Below are positions 13,666-47,406 of a DNA stretch of 64,000 nucleotides, piece after piece. The DNA comes from the human T2T-CHM13v2.0 reference genome, Homo sapiens: the NCBI RefSeq assembly GCF_009914755.1, contig NC_060935.1. One strand, given 5' to 3'. The translations under genes and the position numbers were made by a program. Numbering within the stretch: the first letter of the stretch is position 1; every line of letters begins with the position of its first letter. The notes under the pieces were generated by a model. The model saw only the letters and a program-made list of their open reading frames with translations. It was not told the origin of the DNA and searched no databases.

Positions 13666-14596
13666 GTTTTCATTAGTTTTAACCCTCAGAAAAATGTTGC
13701 GGTAAAGCTTCACTTATTTGCCCAGGGCAAACGTAATTGTTAAATTATATTTTGGCCATTCCTCTGGGGATGAAAACTAAAGTCATAACTTCACCAGAAA
13801 TGGCATATATGTGGCATTGGTGCCACAACTTTCCCCATCCTGGCCCATGGCAGACAGCACCATCAGTCAGCAGTTTTTCTCACTGAGTCCAGACAGCCAC
13901 ACTCAAGCCTGGAGGATTTGGGTTGGGCATTTAAGATTCTCAGAGGCAGGGGATGGAGGTGGAGGGACCAGACTCTTTCTTAGGTAACTAGTTAGGCATT
14001 ATACCAATGAATCATGGCCAAGACGTGGAGAGCAGTTGAAGACATTTGAATGTTAAAAGATAAGAAATTAGCATGTGAAGTGTTAAATATTTAGTTCTCT
14101 CAGTTTTATTTATACAGAAGAAACAGACCAGAAATCAGGAAACTTTGGTGTGGTTTCAGCTCTGGGAGTGGTTCTGGGAAGTCCCCACATATCTTGCAGA
14201 CTTTAGTTTCAATTGAAACAAATTTGAACTAAATAATAAATATGACTGTAATTCTACAGTTTTACAATTGTAAATATAGACTATATGAAAGACTACACAT
14301 TTTCAAATTGTGTGTGTATAAGAATATAACTGAGGAAAATAAATTAATAATACTCATTAGCATATAAGTATTGTATAAATTTACACCTGTGGTATGAGCA
14401 AAATGAAATTTAATTGTAGAGGAATGATGCCGTGCAACTTTATCTTCAACTTTGAATGAGAAAAGAGACTTTCTTCTTCCCCGTTAATTTCCTACAGTTT
14501 AGATTTTATATTTGAAAGGGACTCTAGAAGTCAACAAATTCAACCCTAATTGATGTGTGGAATAGTTTTTTTCTTCATCTTTTTTTTCTCTCTTAG

Positions 14597-14812
<216 letters not shown>

Positions 14813-15204
14813 TAGTAATTTTGTAAAGAGATTATATAAATCTTTATTTTATATCAAAAAATCAACTATGTAGAAATAATTACAAAATGGGGTCACTGAA
14901 TATATACTGTTTTATAACCTGACCTTTTCACTTAATAACAGAACAGGTACAGGTTTACATATAATATGTAAATCTACCTGACATATAGATCTCCACACAC
15001 TTTAAGAGTTGCATAATACTCCACTAAATGAATATACAATCATGTATTTAACCAGCCCTCTGTGGTTGGACACTTAGGAAGTTTCCAGAATTTTTTTATT
15101 GCAGTGTTTGCACTAATATCATTTCAAGGTTGTATGTGTAGGATACATTTCTGCAAAGAATTTCCTGTTTAATAGTTGATGTGTTTTTTTGTGTTATTGT
15201 TGGT

Positions 15205-15954
<750 letters not shown>

Positions 15955-17290
15955 TTACTAGCTAATAGCCTTAGCTACTAACATTTCTGTAACAATAGAC
16001 TTATAAATTAGCAGTATTAGCGTCTCTCTCAAATGGGAAGCTAGCCCCATAGCTTTGTGTAATACACACGCACATTGTGATAACCACAGTGTACAATAAA
16101 CAGTATGCCCATCTCCAATTTCTCTACAATTCTTCTCAGTTATTGGTGAAAGCAGTGCATACCCAAAACTAGATTTGCACCAGAACAGTTTCAAGTTGAA
16201 TATTTGAAGGAATGCCCACATCTGAAAGAAGCAATTGAAATTGATTTAGTTCTTATCATAGCTGACAAAGTTACAGAAAATTTTAAAGAATGATACAGTG
16301 AAAACCTACGTAATATGCCCCACCTAGATATTAGTTATTATTTTGCCATATTTGCTTTATTATTTGTGTGTGCACTTTTATTGCTTGTAATACCATTATC
16401 ACACTGAAAACATTTTAATAAAAAATAGCCATTGTTACATTTCCATTGGTTGTCTCAGTAATGTTTATAGTTGTGGTTTTTGGTTTATTTTTTTATTTTT
16501 TTATTTTAAAAAAAACGGTATCCAATCTAGGTTCCTGTAGTTGTCATTTCTTTAGTCCCTTTCAGGGTATAGCCTTGTCAAATATCAAACATTCTGAATA
16601 TTTCTGATTGTCTCCTCAAGGTTTTAATTTATTCCTGTATACCTGTATTTTTTATAAGCTAAAAGTCAGATCTAAAGGCTTGAATATATTCAGCTTAAAC
16701 ATTTTGTGCAAGAGTAATAACATACATAGTGACATTCACTTCCTGTTCCATCACCTCAGAAAGCATATAGTGTCAGGTTGTCTCACTTTTAATGAGGCTA
16801 AGTTTGATAACTTTATTAAAGTGGTGACACCAGATTTCTCGAATATAAAATTACATATTTCCCTTGCAAAAAGAAATGCCATGGGCCGCATTTTGCAGTC
16901 TTTTGGATCATGATAGGTCATTTTTTATTAATGATAATGTTGATTTGGGGCAGTTTGTTTAAAATACATTCAGGAAGCTTTAAAGAGGTCTGCCCTGCCC
17001 TAGTTGAATGGTAACAAAAGCCCATTAATATCTGGAGGTAGTAGCAGTGGGTGAGAAGTGCTGCATGACAAGAGTACCAAAGAAGGAAGCAGAGTGTTAG
17101 TGAGTTTGATGAGCATGCTCTGGTTGTATGGGATCATTTAAGAAGAGTGCATTCTACAAAAGCATCAGTATTGGAATAGGGCAGTTAAAGCCCAAAGGAA
17201 TCCTGAATCATCTTGGGAGAAGTAACTTACTGTATGGTTATTCCCACAGTGTGAGTGTCATCATCTAACTGCCCTCATGCTTCTTTTTAG

Positions 17291-17483
17291 GCCAGAAAAT
17301 TAGTCCAGAAGGAAAAGCTAAAATTCAGCTTCAGCTGGTCCTACATGCAGGGGACACAACTAACTTCCATTTTTCCAATGAAAGCACAGCAGTGAAAGAG
17401 CGAGATGCAGTAAAAGACCTTCTTCAGCAGCTGCTGCCCAAATTCAAGAGGAAAGCAAATAAAGAACTGGAAGAGAAGAACAG
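17291..17483 (+). CDS. GTF2H1: GTF2H1 exon 3 (CQKISPEG...EEKNR), rest of PH domain
   Basis: ttctttttag acceptor, AG|GTGGGA donor, 193 nt, phases fit. Confidence 0.97.
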
Positions 17484-17559
17484 GTGGGAGGAAAAGAATA
17501 GCCTTTTGAAAGAGATACTGGGTTCTCTATAGTCTCCTAGTATGCTAATAGCTTGTTAG

Positions 17560-19016
<1,457 letters not shown>

Positions 19017-19068
19017 TCAAGCATACCTCCTTTTCTGCCCATTTACTTCTGTATATGAAAGAGAATAC

Positions 19069-19333
19069 ATTCAGCCTTCCATATCCAGGAGTTCTACATC
19101 CACAGATTCAACCAACTTTGGATCAGAAGTACTTGGGAAAAAAATAACAGTACGATAATTAAACATAATACAAATAAAAATATAACTATTTACCTTGTAT
19201 TTGATATTACAAATAGTTATTATTATAAGATTTATAATATAAGATTTAAGTATATGGGAGGATATGTATAGGTTGTATGTAAATACACCATTTTATCTAA
19301 CGGACTTGAGCATTTTCAGATACCAACAGACAG
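19069..19333. mobile_element. MER2-like TcMar-Tigger DNA transposon remnant
   Basis: 'catccacagattcaaccaactttggatc' and 'gggaggatatgtataggttgtatgtaaatac' resemble MER2 as recalled. Confidence 0.6.
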
Positions 19334-19610
19334 TACACTGCAGACATGGTGATCTTTGAATCACTGGGATACGGAGATGAATAAGATCAAACCCATGTCC
19401 TCAAAGGGTTTAATCTTTCCTTTACACCTACCTCCATTTATCACCACTTCATTTGTTCCTCCAAAAATGTGGGGTATTTTGCTCTTAATTACTGAAAAGT
19501 GAACTGAAGGACCTCTGCTGCTCAAACATCACAAAATAAAAGTTGTGTGTTTCAATGTTTTGTGTTGCCAAAATCTTTTTAAAATGTACCTACATGGTGT
19601 TTTATTCTAG

Positions 19611-19889
<279 letters not shown>

Positions 19890-19960
19890 TAAAACTTAGC
19901 ATTTCCTTAAAGGAAAGTAATGGAAAATTGAGTATCCATGGTATTCTTCACTATTATTGA

Positions 19961-20286
<326 letters not shown>

Positions 20287-21100
20287 TCTTCCAAAATGTT
20301 TTTAAAATACATATAATTTTTTTTAAATTTATATTTCTTTTTACCAGTTATGTTTTCTTGGCCTTTGGACTTGACCCTAGCATGCTGGTAGTCAAATGGA
20401 ATTTGAAAATGACTCTTTCAGAGTTTGGACTAATACTTACTTTTTCAAATATTTTCAAATGTAGGGCTTTCTGCTGCCTTTTTAAACCTTTGCCATATTT
20501 TACTTACAATACAAGGTTAAATGTATCATGACCATATTATAGAAAATGTAAGATTTGTAAACTATATTAGAACAATTGGGAATACCTTATCTGTGGAATT
20601 ATGGAATGGAATTCAGTCAGTTGGTATTCTAGTGGAACCAGAATAGTATTAACACATTCAACAAAATTTTGAATACTATTTGTATGTTTGGTATCTTTTT
20701 TGGATGTTTATTAGTGAAGTGAATTAATAAGGCCTTTCCCAAAGAAGTCAGTCAGTTAATGTTAATTTAATTATTTACTAACCAAGGTTTGTAGTGATTT
20801 TTATGACTATACAAGTTTTATCTTAAAGCTCCACTGCCTCTCTGCCTTCATACTTAAACATGCCTATTTGACCATATTAGACTTCCAAAGGAGCAGATTT
20901 TATAGGTCACTTAAGACCGTGAGAAACCAGTCAGGCTTTTTTGAGTCCTGCCTCTGTGCAAAAAGTGAAGGTGAGGGACTTTCTCTGTCTATGCAGTTAG
21001 TTCAGAAATTTTTTTTTCCACCTTTGTCCAGTGTCCACTGGGACCTGAGCCATCTTTCCCTGATGCTCTAACGTGTATGTGTGTATGGGCTTTGTTTTAG

Positions 21101-21244
<144 letters not shown>

Positions 21245-21709
21245 TAGTATATCAGTGAAAAACAAAAAGCTTCAGATTCCTGATCAAGTGCAATAAATTA
21301 TGTAAAGTACTTTTTACCCAGTGCCTGACATATGGTAGATACTAGGGGCTCAGTAAATAATGTGTTGTCATCAGTTCACTAATATGACTGCCATTCGAGT
21401 CTGTCTGTACTACTAACTCAGATCATTCTTCATTCTGCATCCAGAGTGACCTTCCTAACCCACAAATTACTTCCCGTGCAGATGCCATCCTAAAAGTATA
21501 GATTCCTTGACCCCAGCCTCAGTGATTTATTATGTGTAGACAAGGATGAGAGCCAGTGTGTCAGTCATTCTTCTGACTAAGCAGTACTCTCTTAAGCTGT
21601 ATTCTGTTCTCGCTTCCCTCTTCCCCACTCTTACCCCTTTAGTCCCTTAGGAATCTCTCTCTCAGGACTCAGCTCAAGCATCACCTCCTTGCCACCTCTA
21701 TGAAATCCT

Positions 21710-22149
<440 letters not shown>

Positions 22150-22709
22150 TAATTGTGTAGTGTTTATTATGTGCCAGACGCTTTTCTAAGTTCTTTTTCT
22201 ATAGTAACTGATTTAATCATCACGTAAACCTATGAAGTAGAGGTACTGTTATGACCCTCATTTTACAGATGAGGAAACCAGGGTGCAGAAAGATTAAGTA
22301 ATTTGCTCAGGGTCACACAGATAGAAAGTGGCAGACCTGGAATTTTAAACTCAGAGCTCAGCAAACAATGCTGTTGAACTCTATGCTTGCTAGTGTGTAA
22401 GCCGCTGGAGTGCTGAGCTGACAGTCCAGTGGATATTGAGATCATTATTACCCCACAAGCTAACACAGTGCCTTGGATTGAGAGTGCACATATATAAATG
22501 AGCAAACAAGCAGACTCAGCTCTGACTCCTGAGATTCTTGGTATTTCTACTAAAACTTCAAAACCTTATTCTTTTGGTGCAAATAAGGTTTTGTTTGTAA
22601 TTTGTAAGATTTATAGAGGTCATACCTCACCTAATCTCTCAAGTTACCCTTCATATTTATAATTAGATTATAACTTATAGTATGTAGAGTTGAGAGCTTT
22701 ATGGTCTAG

Positions 22710-22979
<270 letters not shown>

Positions 22980-23039
22980 TAACTTGCCACCCTCTAGACA
23001 TTATAAGTGTTAATTTCTGAGACAGATAAGACATGCTGA

Positions 23040-23264
<225 letters not shown>

Positions 23265-23747
23265 TGAAGTGATTTATCGGAAGTGCTTTGAAATAGCGTT
23301 GTTTGCCATTAAAATTGCCTAGAAGAAATGAAATTCCTGTGTGAGTTGCTAAAACCTTTTAAAAATAAATTTCTAGCTCCCTCATCCGCAGTTCTCTAGT
23401 AATAATAAAGGCTTAATGTGATGAGTTCAGCTTTATGCTCTAGCTAACATTTAATCTAAAGAAATATGGATAAATTAATAAATAAGGAAGATAACAAACA
23501 TTTGTTGATTGCTTACTATCTGCCAAACCTTAAGCACTCTCATGACCCTTATACCATGCCAACCCCAATGTTTCAGCAAGTAGGCCATCATGTATGACCT
23601 ACCTACCTCAGCATCATGACCCCAGACCTACAGATTTATCTACTTGCAGAGAAAGAGATGGTTCCTGTTGTGATCAAGGATAATTTTATCACTGCCTCTG
23701 TCTTCTAGGCCAGAACTTGTCTTCCTCAGTTATTCCCTTTACTCTGA

Positions 23748-28891
<5,144 letters not shown>

Positions 28892-29124
28892 CAGAGAGAA
28901 ATTCAGTTTAAGATGTATTTTGTAATGCTAAAACGAGTTAGTGCTATTTGTTAATCTTTTATGTGCATAATGTCACTTGTTTTTAAATGTTTGTTCATAA
29001 ATATTTAATGTTCGTGAGAAGTAATAAAAGTCCCATCATCCAGCAAATTTTTTCAGCTAAGCGTGTCTTATAATAAGAAAAGCAGAACCTTTTTAAAAAA
29101 TTTTTAATCTATTATTTCTCACAG

Positions 29125-29252
29125 GGCTATGGCATTTCCTCTGTGCCATCTGCTTCCAATTCTAAATCCATAAAAGAGAATAGTAATGCTGCCATCATCA
29201 AGAGATTTAACCATCACAGTGCCATGGTCCTGGCAGCTGGACTCAGAAAACA
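29125..29252 (+). CDS. GTF2H1: GTF2H1 exon 8 (GYGISSVP...GLRKQ)
   Basis: tttctcacag acceptor; atypical donor ACA|GTTAAGTAT is required to keep frame with exon 9; 128 nt. Confidence 0.95.
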
Positions 29253-29368
29253 GTTAAGTATAAATGCAGAGGTGCAGTAACTGGGCTTTTCAGGATATCC
29301 AGATGGAGTTGTGGTGTTGTTTTGCTTGTGGTTTTTAACGTTAACTTTTTTTTCCCCTTTATTTTAAG

Positions 29369-29456
29369 AGAAGCACAAAATGAACAAACTAGTGAGCCCA
29401 GCAACATGGATGGAAATTCCGGAGATGCAGACTGCTTTCAGCCAGCAGTCAAAAGG
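29369..29456 (+). CDS. GTF2H1: GTF2H1 exon 9 (EAQNEQTS...PAVKR)
   Basis: ttttaag acceptor, AGG|GTATGG donor, 88 nt. Confidence 0.95.
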
Positions 29457-30419
29457 GTATGGGCAAAAAAATATGAACCATTTGGGGCTCAAGTTTCTCC
29501 AAATACTTTATGTGACTGCAAGTACTGTATACGCTTATTTCCTGTGACTCAGTTCTTCTAACTAAGATGTTAAGCATTTGGCTTAAAGTGTATAGCATTA
29601 CAAAGAGTATTTCCCCAGCTTTGGCTTGCCAGCCAACTTTCCATTGACTCTAGCCTGTTAGCCATTTTTATTGTTTTTTGTTTGTTTGTTTGTTTGTTTT
29701 CCTCACATGTACACATACATACAGATTGTTCTTATATGTGATTTTGTTCTCTGGGAATAAAATCTTCATTCAACAGAGGCAATATGACAGAAAAACCGAA
29801 GTTTCATGTATATGATTTTTCAAAGAAAGTGAATTGGCCCTCATGTTAAACCTAGCATTTCAGAGCTGAAAGTGTCTTCTCATTAAATATTGAAGAAATC
29901 ATTTGAGGGTGTGGAGAAGGATGGACAGAATTAGCTGCTTGTGTATTTATTCTTCTCCTGCAACTTTGCCACGCTATTTTGTACCTCCCTTCCTAATTAT
30001 GATAAAGCTTTCTTAGAGAGCAGTCAGGCAATGTGTATTAAATGTTTAAAGCTTTACACCCTTAGTTCTACTTGTGGACATTTATTTCTTAAGAAAGATG
30101 TATACTAAGATTTAGATAGAAATATTCATTACAGTATCATAATAAAGACAGTAGCAAGGATTCTGTTATCTGTGTTGCATTAATACAATAGAGATTGATG
30201 CAACTGTTCATTATTTTGAAAGCATTAATGATAATATTGCATCAAAGAGTTCACTGAACAGATTGTACAGTACAGTTTTACACACAAAAAAAATAGTTTG
30301 TGAGCTTTAAAAGGGCCTTCAAATGAATATGCTAAACGGTTATCTTTCAATAAAGAGAGTATGGGTAAGTCTTAATTTCTTTCATTTATTTCAGTAATTT
30401 AATGTTTTTGTTGTTGTTA

Positions 30420-31245
<826 letters not shown>

Positions 31246-31269
31246 TTACTTGTGTGAATTTTTACAATA

Positions 31270-31622
31270 CAGATGCTTCTCGACTTAAATGGGGCTACAT
31301 CCCAATAAACTCATAAGTTGCAAATACTGTAAATCAAAAATGCATTGAATACACCTAATGTATGGAACACCATAGTTTAGCCTATCCTACTTTAAATGTG
31401 TTCCGAACACTTAGATTAGCCTGTAGTTGGGCAGCATTACCTACTATAAAGTGTATTTTCTAATAAAATGTTGAATATCTCATGTAACTCATTGAATACT
31501 GAAAGTGAAAAACAATGTATGGGTACTCAAAATATGGTTTCTCTACTGAATGTGAATCACTTTGACACCATCATAAAGTTGAAAAATTCCAAGTCAAACC
31601 ATTGTAAGTCAGGGGCTATCAG
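31270..31622 (+). mobile_element. MER47A-like (Tigger5-derived MITE)
   Basis: Terminal inverted repeats CAGATGCTTCTCGACTTA.../...TAAGTCAGGGGCTATCAG, TA on both sides, ~353 bp. Confidence 0.85.
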
Positions 31623-32020
31623 TATTCAGTGGTAAATGCTGGCTCTAACTATTCTTCCAAGTCAGTGGTTGACTGCTGTTTATTCTATAAAGGGTTACAA
31701 TTTATAGATTCTCTCACTTGTAGAATGAGAGATTCAGAATTAATAGCAGACAGAGTCCCTACCTTGATGGAGCTTTCATTTAAGTGTGAAAGTCAGGTGA
31801 CCTAACAAGGCCTTGGCATAAGTTTAGGATTTGGATTGTTATGGGAGCTTGGGTAGGGACATGTCATAGGTAAGGCAACAGCAGGGGTAGAGATAAGCTT
31901 GACATATGTCAAAAATCATGAAGACATCAGTAATCCTTGAAGTTGGCTGAAAGGTATAGAGTTGAGAAAGTAGTTAAAAAAAAAAAAGTCAGGCTGAGTC
32001 TAGGTAAGGATGTGTTTCTC

Positions 32021-32210
32021 TGAGGTCAGATTTGTTCCTGTACCATAAAGGGACTATTTAGAATCTTAAAGCTGGAGCAATTTAAAACGTTAAGTTTTCA
32101 GATTGAGGTCAGATTTGTGACTTCATGTGAGGTCAGATTTGTTCCTGTACCATAAAGGGACTATTTAGAATCTTAAAGCTGGAGCAATTTAAAACGTTAA
32201 GTTTTCAGAT
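32021..32210. repeat. Perfect 83-bp direct duplication (32021-32103 and 32128-32210) with 24-bp junction
   Basis: Base-by-base identity read directly. Confidence 0.95.
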
Positions 32211-32753
32211 TGACGTTTTTTGAGGTATAGTTAATAACCTGAATGTTCTGATTCTAGTCTTGGTAGTCAATAAGAGTTGACCAGATGAATTTCATAGCTT
32301 TGTAGAGGATGAAATATTTCAAGGCTGATTTGCACAAATGTTTACATAGATCATGTATCTTTCATAAGTAATATGTTTGTATTATTACAAGGCTGTAAAA
32401 ATTTAAGCAGGTTGTTAATAGCACAGGGGGTAACAGATTAATAAAATTAATGAATAAAATTACTAAAAGAGTCCAGAAGTAAACCCAAATACGTGGAGGA
32501 ATTAAGCATATGTATGATACACATGACATTTTAAAAATCAGTGGGAAAAGGTAAATTATTTTACAAATGGTGTTAGAAGCACTGATTGATAATTTTGTTA
32601 AAAGAAACTTAGATTCCCTATTTTACTCCTAATCCAAAATAAATTCTGAGTGGATCTAAGATTAAGCAAAAATTAAGCCGGAAGCTGAGCATGGTAGCAT
32701 GTGTCTGTAATCTCCGCAATTTAGGAGACTGAGTTTGGCTGGGGAGGTGGTGA

Positions 32754-33071
<318 letters not shown>

Positions 33072-33417
33072 TAAAAGTCTTATTTTTTAAAAAGTACCCA
33101 ATATAAAAATAGTGGAGAGCATAACAGATCATTCATTTGGGGAAAAAATAATAAAATGTAAACTTTCACCTACCAGATTGGCAAAAGTAAAAAGTTCAAT
33201 AATACTTCATGTGGTCAGAGTGTAAGAAAACTAGTATTCTTAAGTAGTTGTTGAGAAAATTGGTTCAGCCATTTGTAGGACAGTCATCTCTAGGAAGAGA
33301 AGCTCATGGTGGGAAGACTTCATTTTTTACCCTCTGTACAGTTTTGTTTTTTCAGTCATGTTTATTGTGTAAGAGAAAGTTGTGACAAAATAAAAAGTAC
33401 TGTGTTAATAATTATAG

Positions 33418-33507
<90 letters not shown>

Positions 33508-33836
33508 TAAGTTTGGTCAATATTAAGCAGAATAGCTATGTAACAATTCAGTCCAAAATATATCCTACAAGTATAGCACTCATGTTTTAATCAGTTCGTC
33601 ACCATCAAAGTACAATATCCTTTTCTGTTTAAAATTTAGGCTTCTCAGGAAGCAAAAATGATCAAACCCATGACAATAAATGTGGATCTTTCTGCTGTTG
33701 CTTTCTTATTGCCCTTATGGGAATTAAATTATTTTATTGAAATCTCTTTACTTATCGTTTCTTGCCTTGAGGGGAACTTAGTACTGACTGCTAAAATGTT
33801 GCAAAGACAAATGTTGAGCATCTTTACTGTGTGTGA

Positions 33837-34067
<231 letters not shown>

Positions 34068-34476
34068 TAATATTTTAATTGGGCTTAAAGACATAGTTCT
34101 GCTAAATAAATTGAAAAAATCAAGAGGTAGCAAGAAAAGGTGTTTGGCATATTCAAGAGGCATCTGAAGATAAGATGATAATGAAAAAAAATAAGTTGAT
34201 GAATTTTGTGATTTTTACTTCCATATACTTTTATTGGGAAAATCTCCCAGGTTTCCAAATTCTGTCTGGACATTATTCTCTGAATATTCTGCATGACTCA
34301 GGCTTAAAATATGTAAAACAGCTCATCATTGTTCTTTGTTTCTCTTCGTACTTCAGTTGATCAGCAATTTGTCAGTTCTGCCTTCAATAATACTTCTTGA
34401 TTCTATCACCCTTATTTAGGCAAACCTGATTGATTTTCCATAATGCTACTGCAAGTTGTCTTTCTAAAATCACTTA

Positions 34477-39095
<4,619 letters not shown>

Positions 39096-39422
39096 ATAAA
39101 TTTAACAGAAACAAAGGATACAGGTTAACATGTTGTTTTACCTGTTTTCTTTCCTTAAACTCAATTTTACCTTCAGTGGTAAGAGTTCTCATATTAAATT
39201 GAATTGGTACTTAAGAAAGGGCTTTAACTAGGCAAAACCTTGGGAGTTTTGAGGTCCCTGTGGACTTGCCTGGCATGCCTGGGAGATTTGTAGGTATCTT
39301 CTTTCTACACGGATTGTGTTTCTGCCCTCAAGGAAAATAGTTCACTTTGACCACTGTAAATGATGTAGTATTTAAACAAAAGGAAAAGCACTTCATTGTC
39401 TGCTCTAAAACTAAAATGTTAA

Positions 39423-39791
<369 letters not shown>

Positions 39792-40061
39792 TAGTTTCTC
39801 TAATATCATAGTAAAAGCTCCTTTCTTCTCCCCTACCTCTTAGAATAAAGGGGAAACCTGAAAGTTTCTTTGAAATCCCAAGAGCTTTTAAATTTTATGA
39901 TCTCTCAGCCACAAAATTACTAACTTATCTGAAAATAGCACATCCTGGTTTGGCATTGACAAAGAGTACACATTCAAATTTATTCTCTGAGTGGTCATTT
40001 TTTTCGAGACTGTATATGTTAAAATAGCTCTTAACCTATGGGCCTTGTTCTTCTTTTGCAG

Positions 40062-40177
40062 AGATGGTGCCAAATGATATTCAATCTGAATTGAAACACT
40101 TATATGTAGCTGTTGGAGAACTTCTACGACATTTCTGGTCCTGCTTTCCTGTTAATACGCCATTCCTAGAAGAAAAG
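40062..40177 (+). CDS. GTF2H1: GTF2H1 exon 13 (QMVPNDIQ...FLEEK)
   Basis: cttttgcag acceptor, AAG|GTTAGA donor, 116 nt. Confidence 0.96.
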
Positions 40178-40794
40178 GTTAGAACCAGTTCTGAAGACAG
40201 CCAGATAATTGTGGTAGTGACTTACAAGAAGTTTTGAAATTGGAAAGTTTTATTGAGTCTTACCATGTGACAGACACTGGGATAACTCTTTTGCATACAT
40301 CGTTTCATGTAAACCTCACAGCATCTTTATGGAGTAGCTATTGGTACCCATTTTATAGATTTGGAAACTGAGATCCAGACGAGTTCCATAACTAATAATC
40401 ATACAACTTAAAACTTGTATCTACCTCCAAGCCACTGTGAATAGAGACCCAAAACAAATTACATCAATAAAGTTATTTATATTTGATACGTTTTTCAGGG
40501 ATAACAAAATCCAAAATAAGAACTGACAACAAATATAGCACTAGCTTTTTAACACTAAAACCGCTTTAACCAATTAAAGGACAGTTGACAAATGAAAAAT
40601 GTAACATTAATAGTAATACTATAAATTGCTTTCATAAACTATGATTAAGTAAAAGATAAAGACCTCATTAAGCACAATAGGCAAACACTTTACAAGCAAC
40701 TCACTAAAGAATGGAGTGGCCTAGGAAGATTAAGGGGAAATGCTCACACTTACCAGTATGCAGATAAATTACAGCTACAGTAAAAGAACATTTT

Positions 40795-43220
<2,426 letters not shown>

Positions 43221-43538
43221 CTATGTGTATGTTCTGAAAAATACATATTACTAATTTATTAATTTGGAAAAACTGAGTAGCAAGCACAAACCTAGCAGCG
43301 TAAGGAAAGATAGAATTGCCACTACTCATAGTAAGCAAAACTGTTCCTGGGTTCTATTTGGCATCAGCTTCCCTGATTGTTTACAGTGGGGAAAGTCAGT
43401 GGATGAGGTATTGAGAAGTGTCACTTTATGCCCAGCATTTTTAGCATTGTATTTAAAACAAGGTTAGAGCAACCACATCAGATCATTTGTATGTGCAGTT
43501 ATACAAGCCCTCCCAGAGGTACCTTGGAAAGAATAGTA

Positions 43539-45051
<1,513 letters not shown>

Positions 45052-45290
45052 TAGTTACAAATTTAAGATTCAGTATTCAATAAGTAGGATAAATAAAAGG
45101 GGAGTTTTACAATTGAAAGCTGAAAAATCATCAGCAAGATTTTTCATATTTATTTCCTAAATATTCTAAGTGGGTTTTCTTAAAATACAAAACAGCATTA
45201 CTTATAATCAGATAGAAGCTTGGAGTGTCTTCTCACAGCAGGGCAAGGATGGCAGATAGGTTTCAGGTCATGTGCCTTCTCAATTGATTA

Positions 45291-46946
<1,656 letters not shown>

Positions 46947-47298
46947 CTACCATCCTGGCCTTAGTTGGCTGACCAGTATTCAAATCTAGAAAATCACAGA
47001 TATAGTTCAGACCCCTCGTTTGACAGAAGGAATTGAGGCCTGGAGCACAATTGTGACTTTCATATTGTCCTATTATTGGTTAATGACAGGACAGCCATTA
47101 CAACCGCAGCCTTTTCACTGCCCCCTACTTTCTGTCTTTCCTTTCCACACAAAATGTGTCTGACAGCACCTTCTCAGAGGGCTTGCACATTACCTCATTG
47201 ACTGGGGAAATACAGAGGAGCTCCGAAACTACACTCTGAAGTGTGTGCCAGATTTGGGTTGGAAGGATTAACTTCCCCTGCTTTTGCCCAGTTGTTAA

Positions 47299-47406
<108 letters not shown>

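Noticed and set aside
32021-32210. Repeat-spacer-repeat layout suggestive of a CRISPR-like array
   Set aside because: Only two long copies in primate intronic DNA, no cas genes; a local duplication
40027-40036. CTCTTAAC resembling a U12 branch point in intron 12
   Set aside because: The intron donor is GTATGT (U2 type); more simply an ordinary branch point
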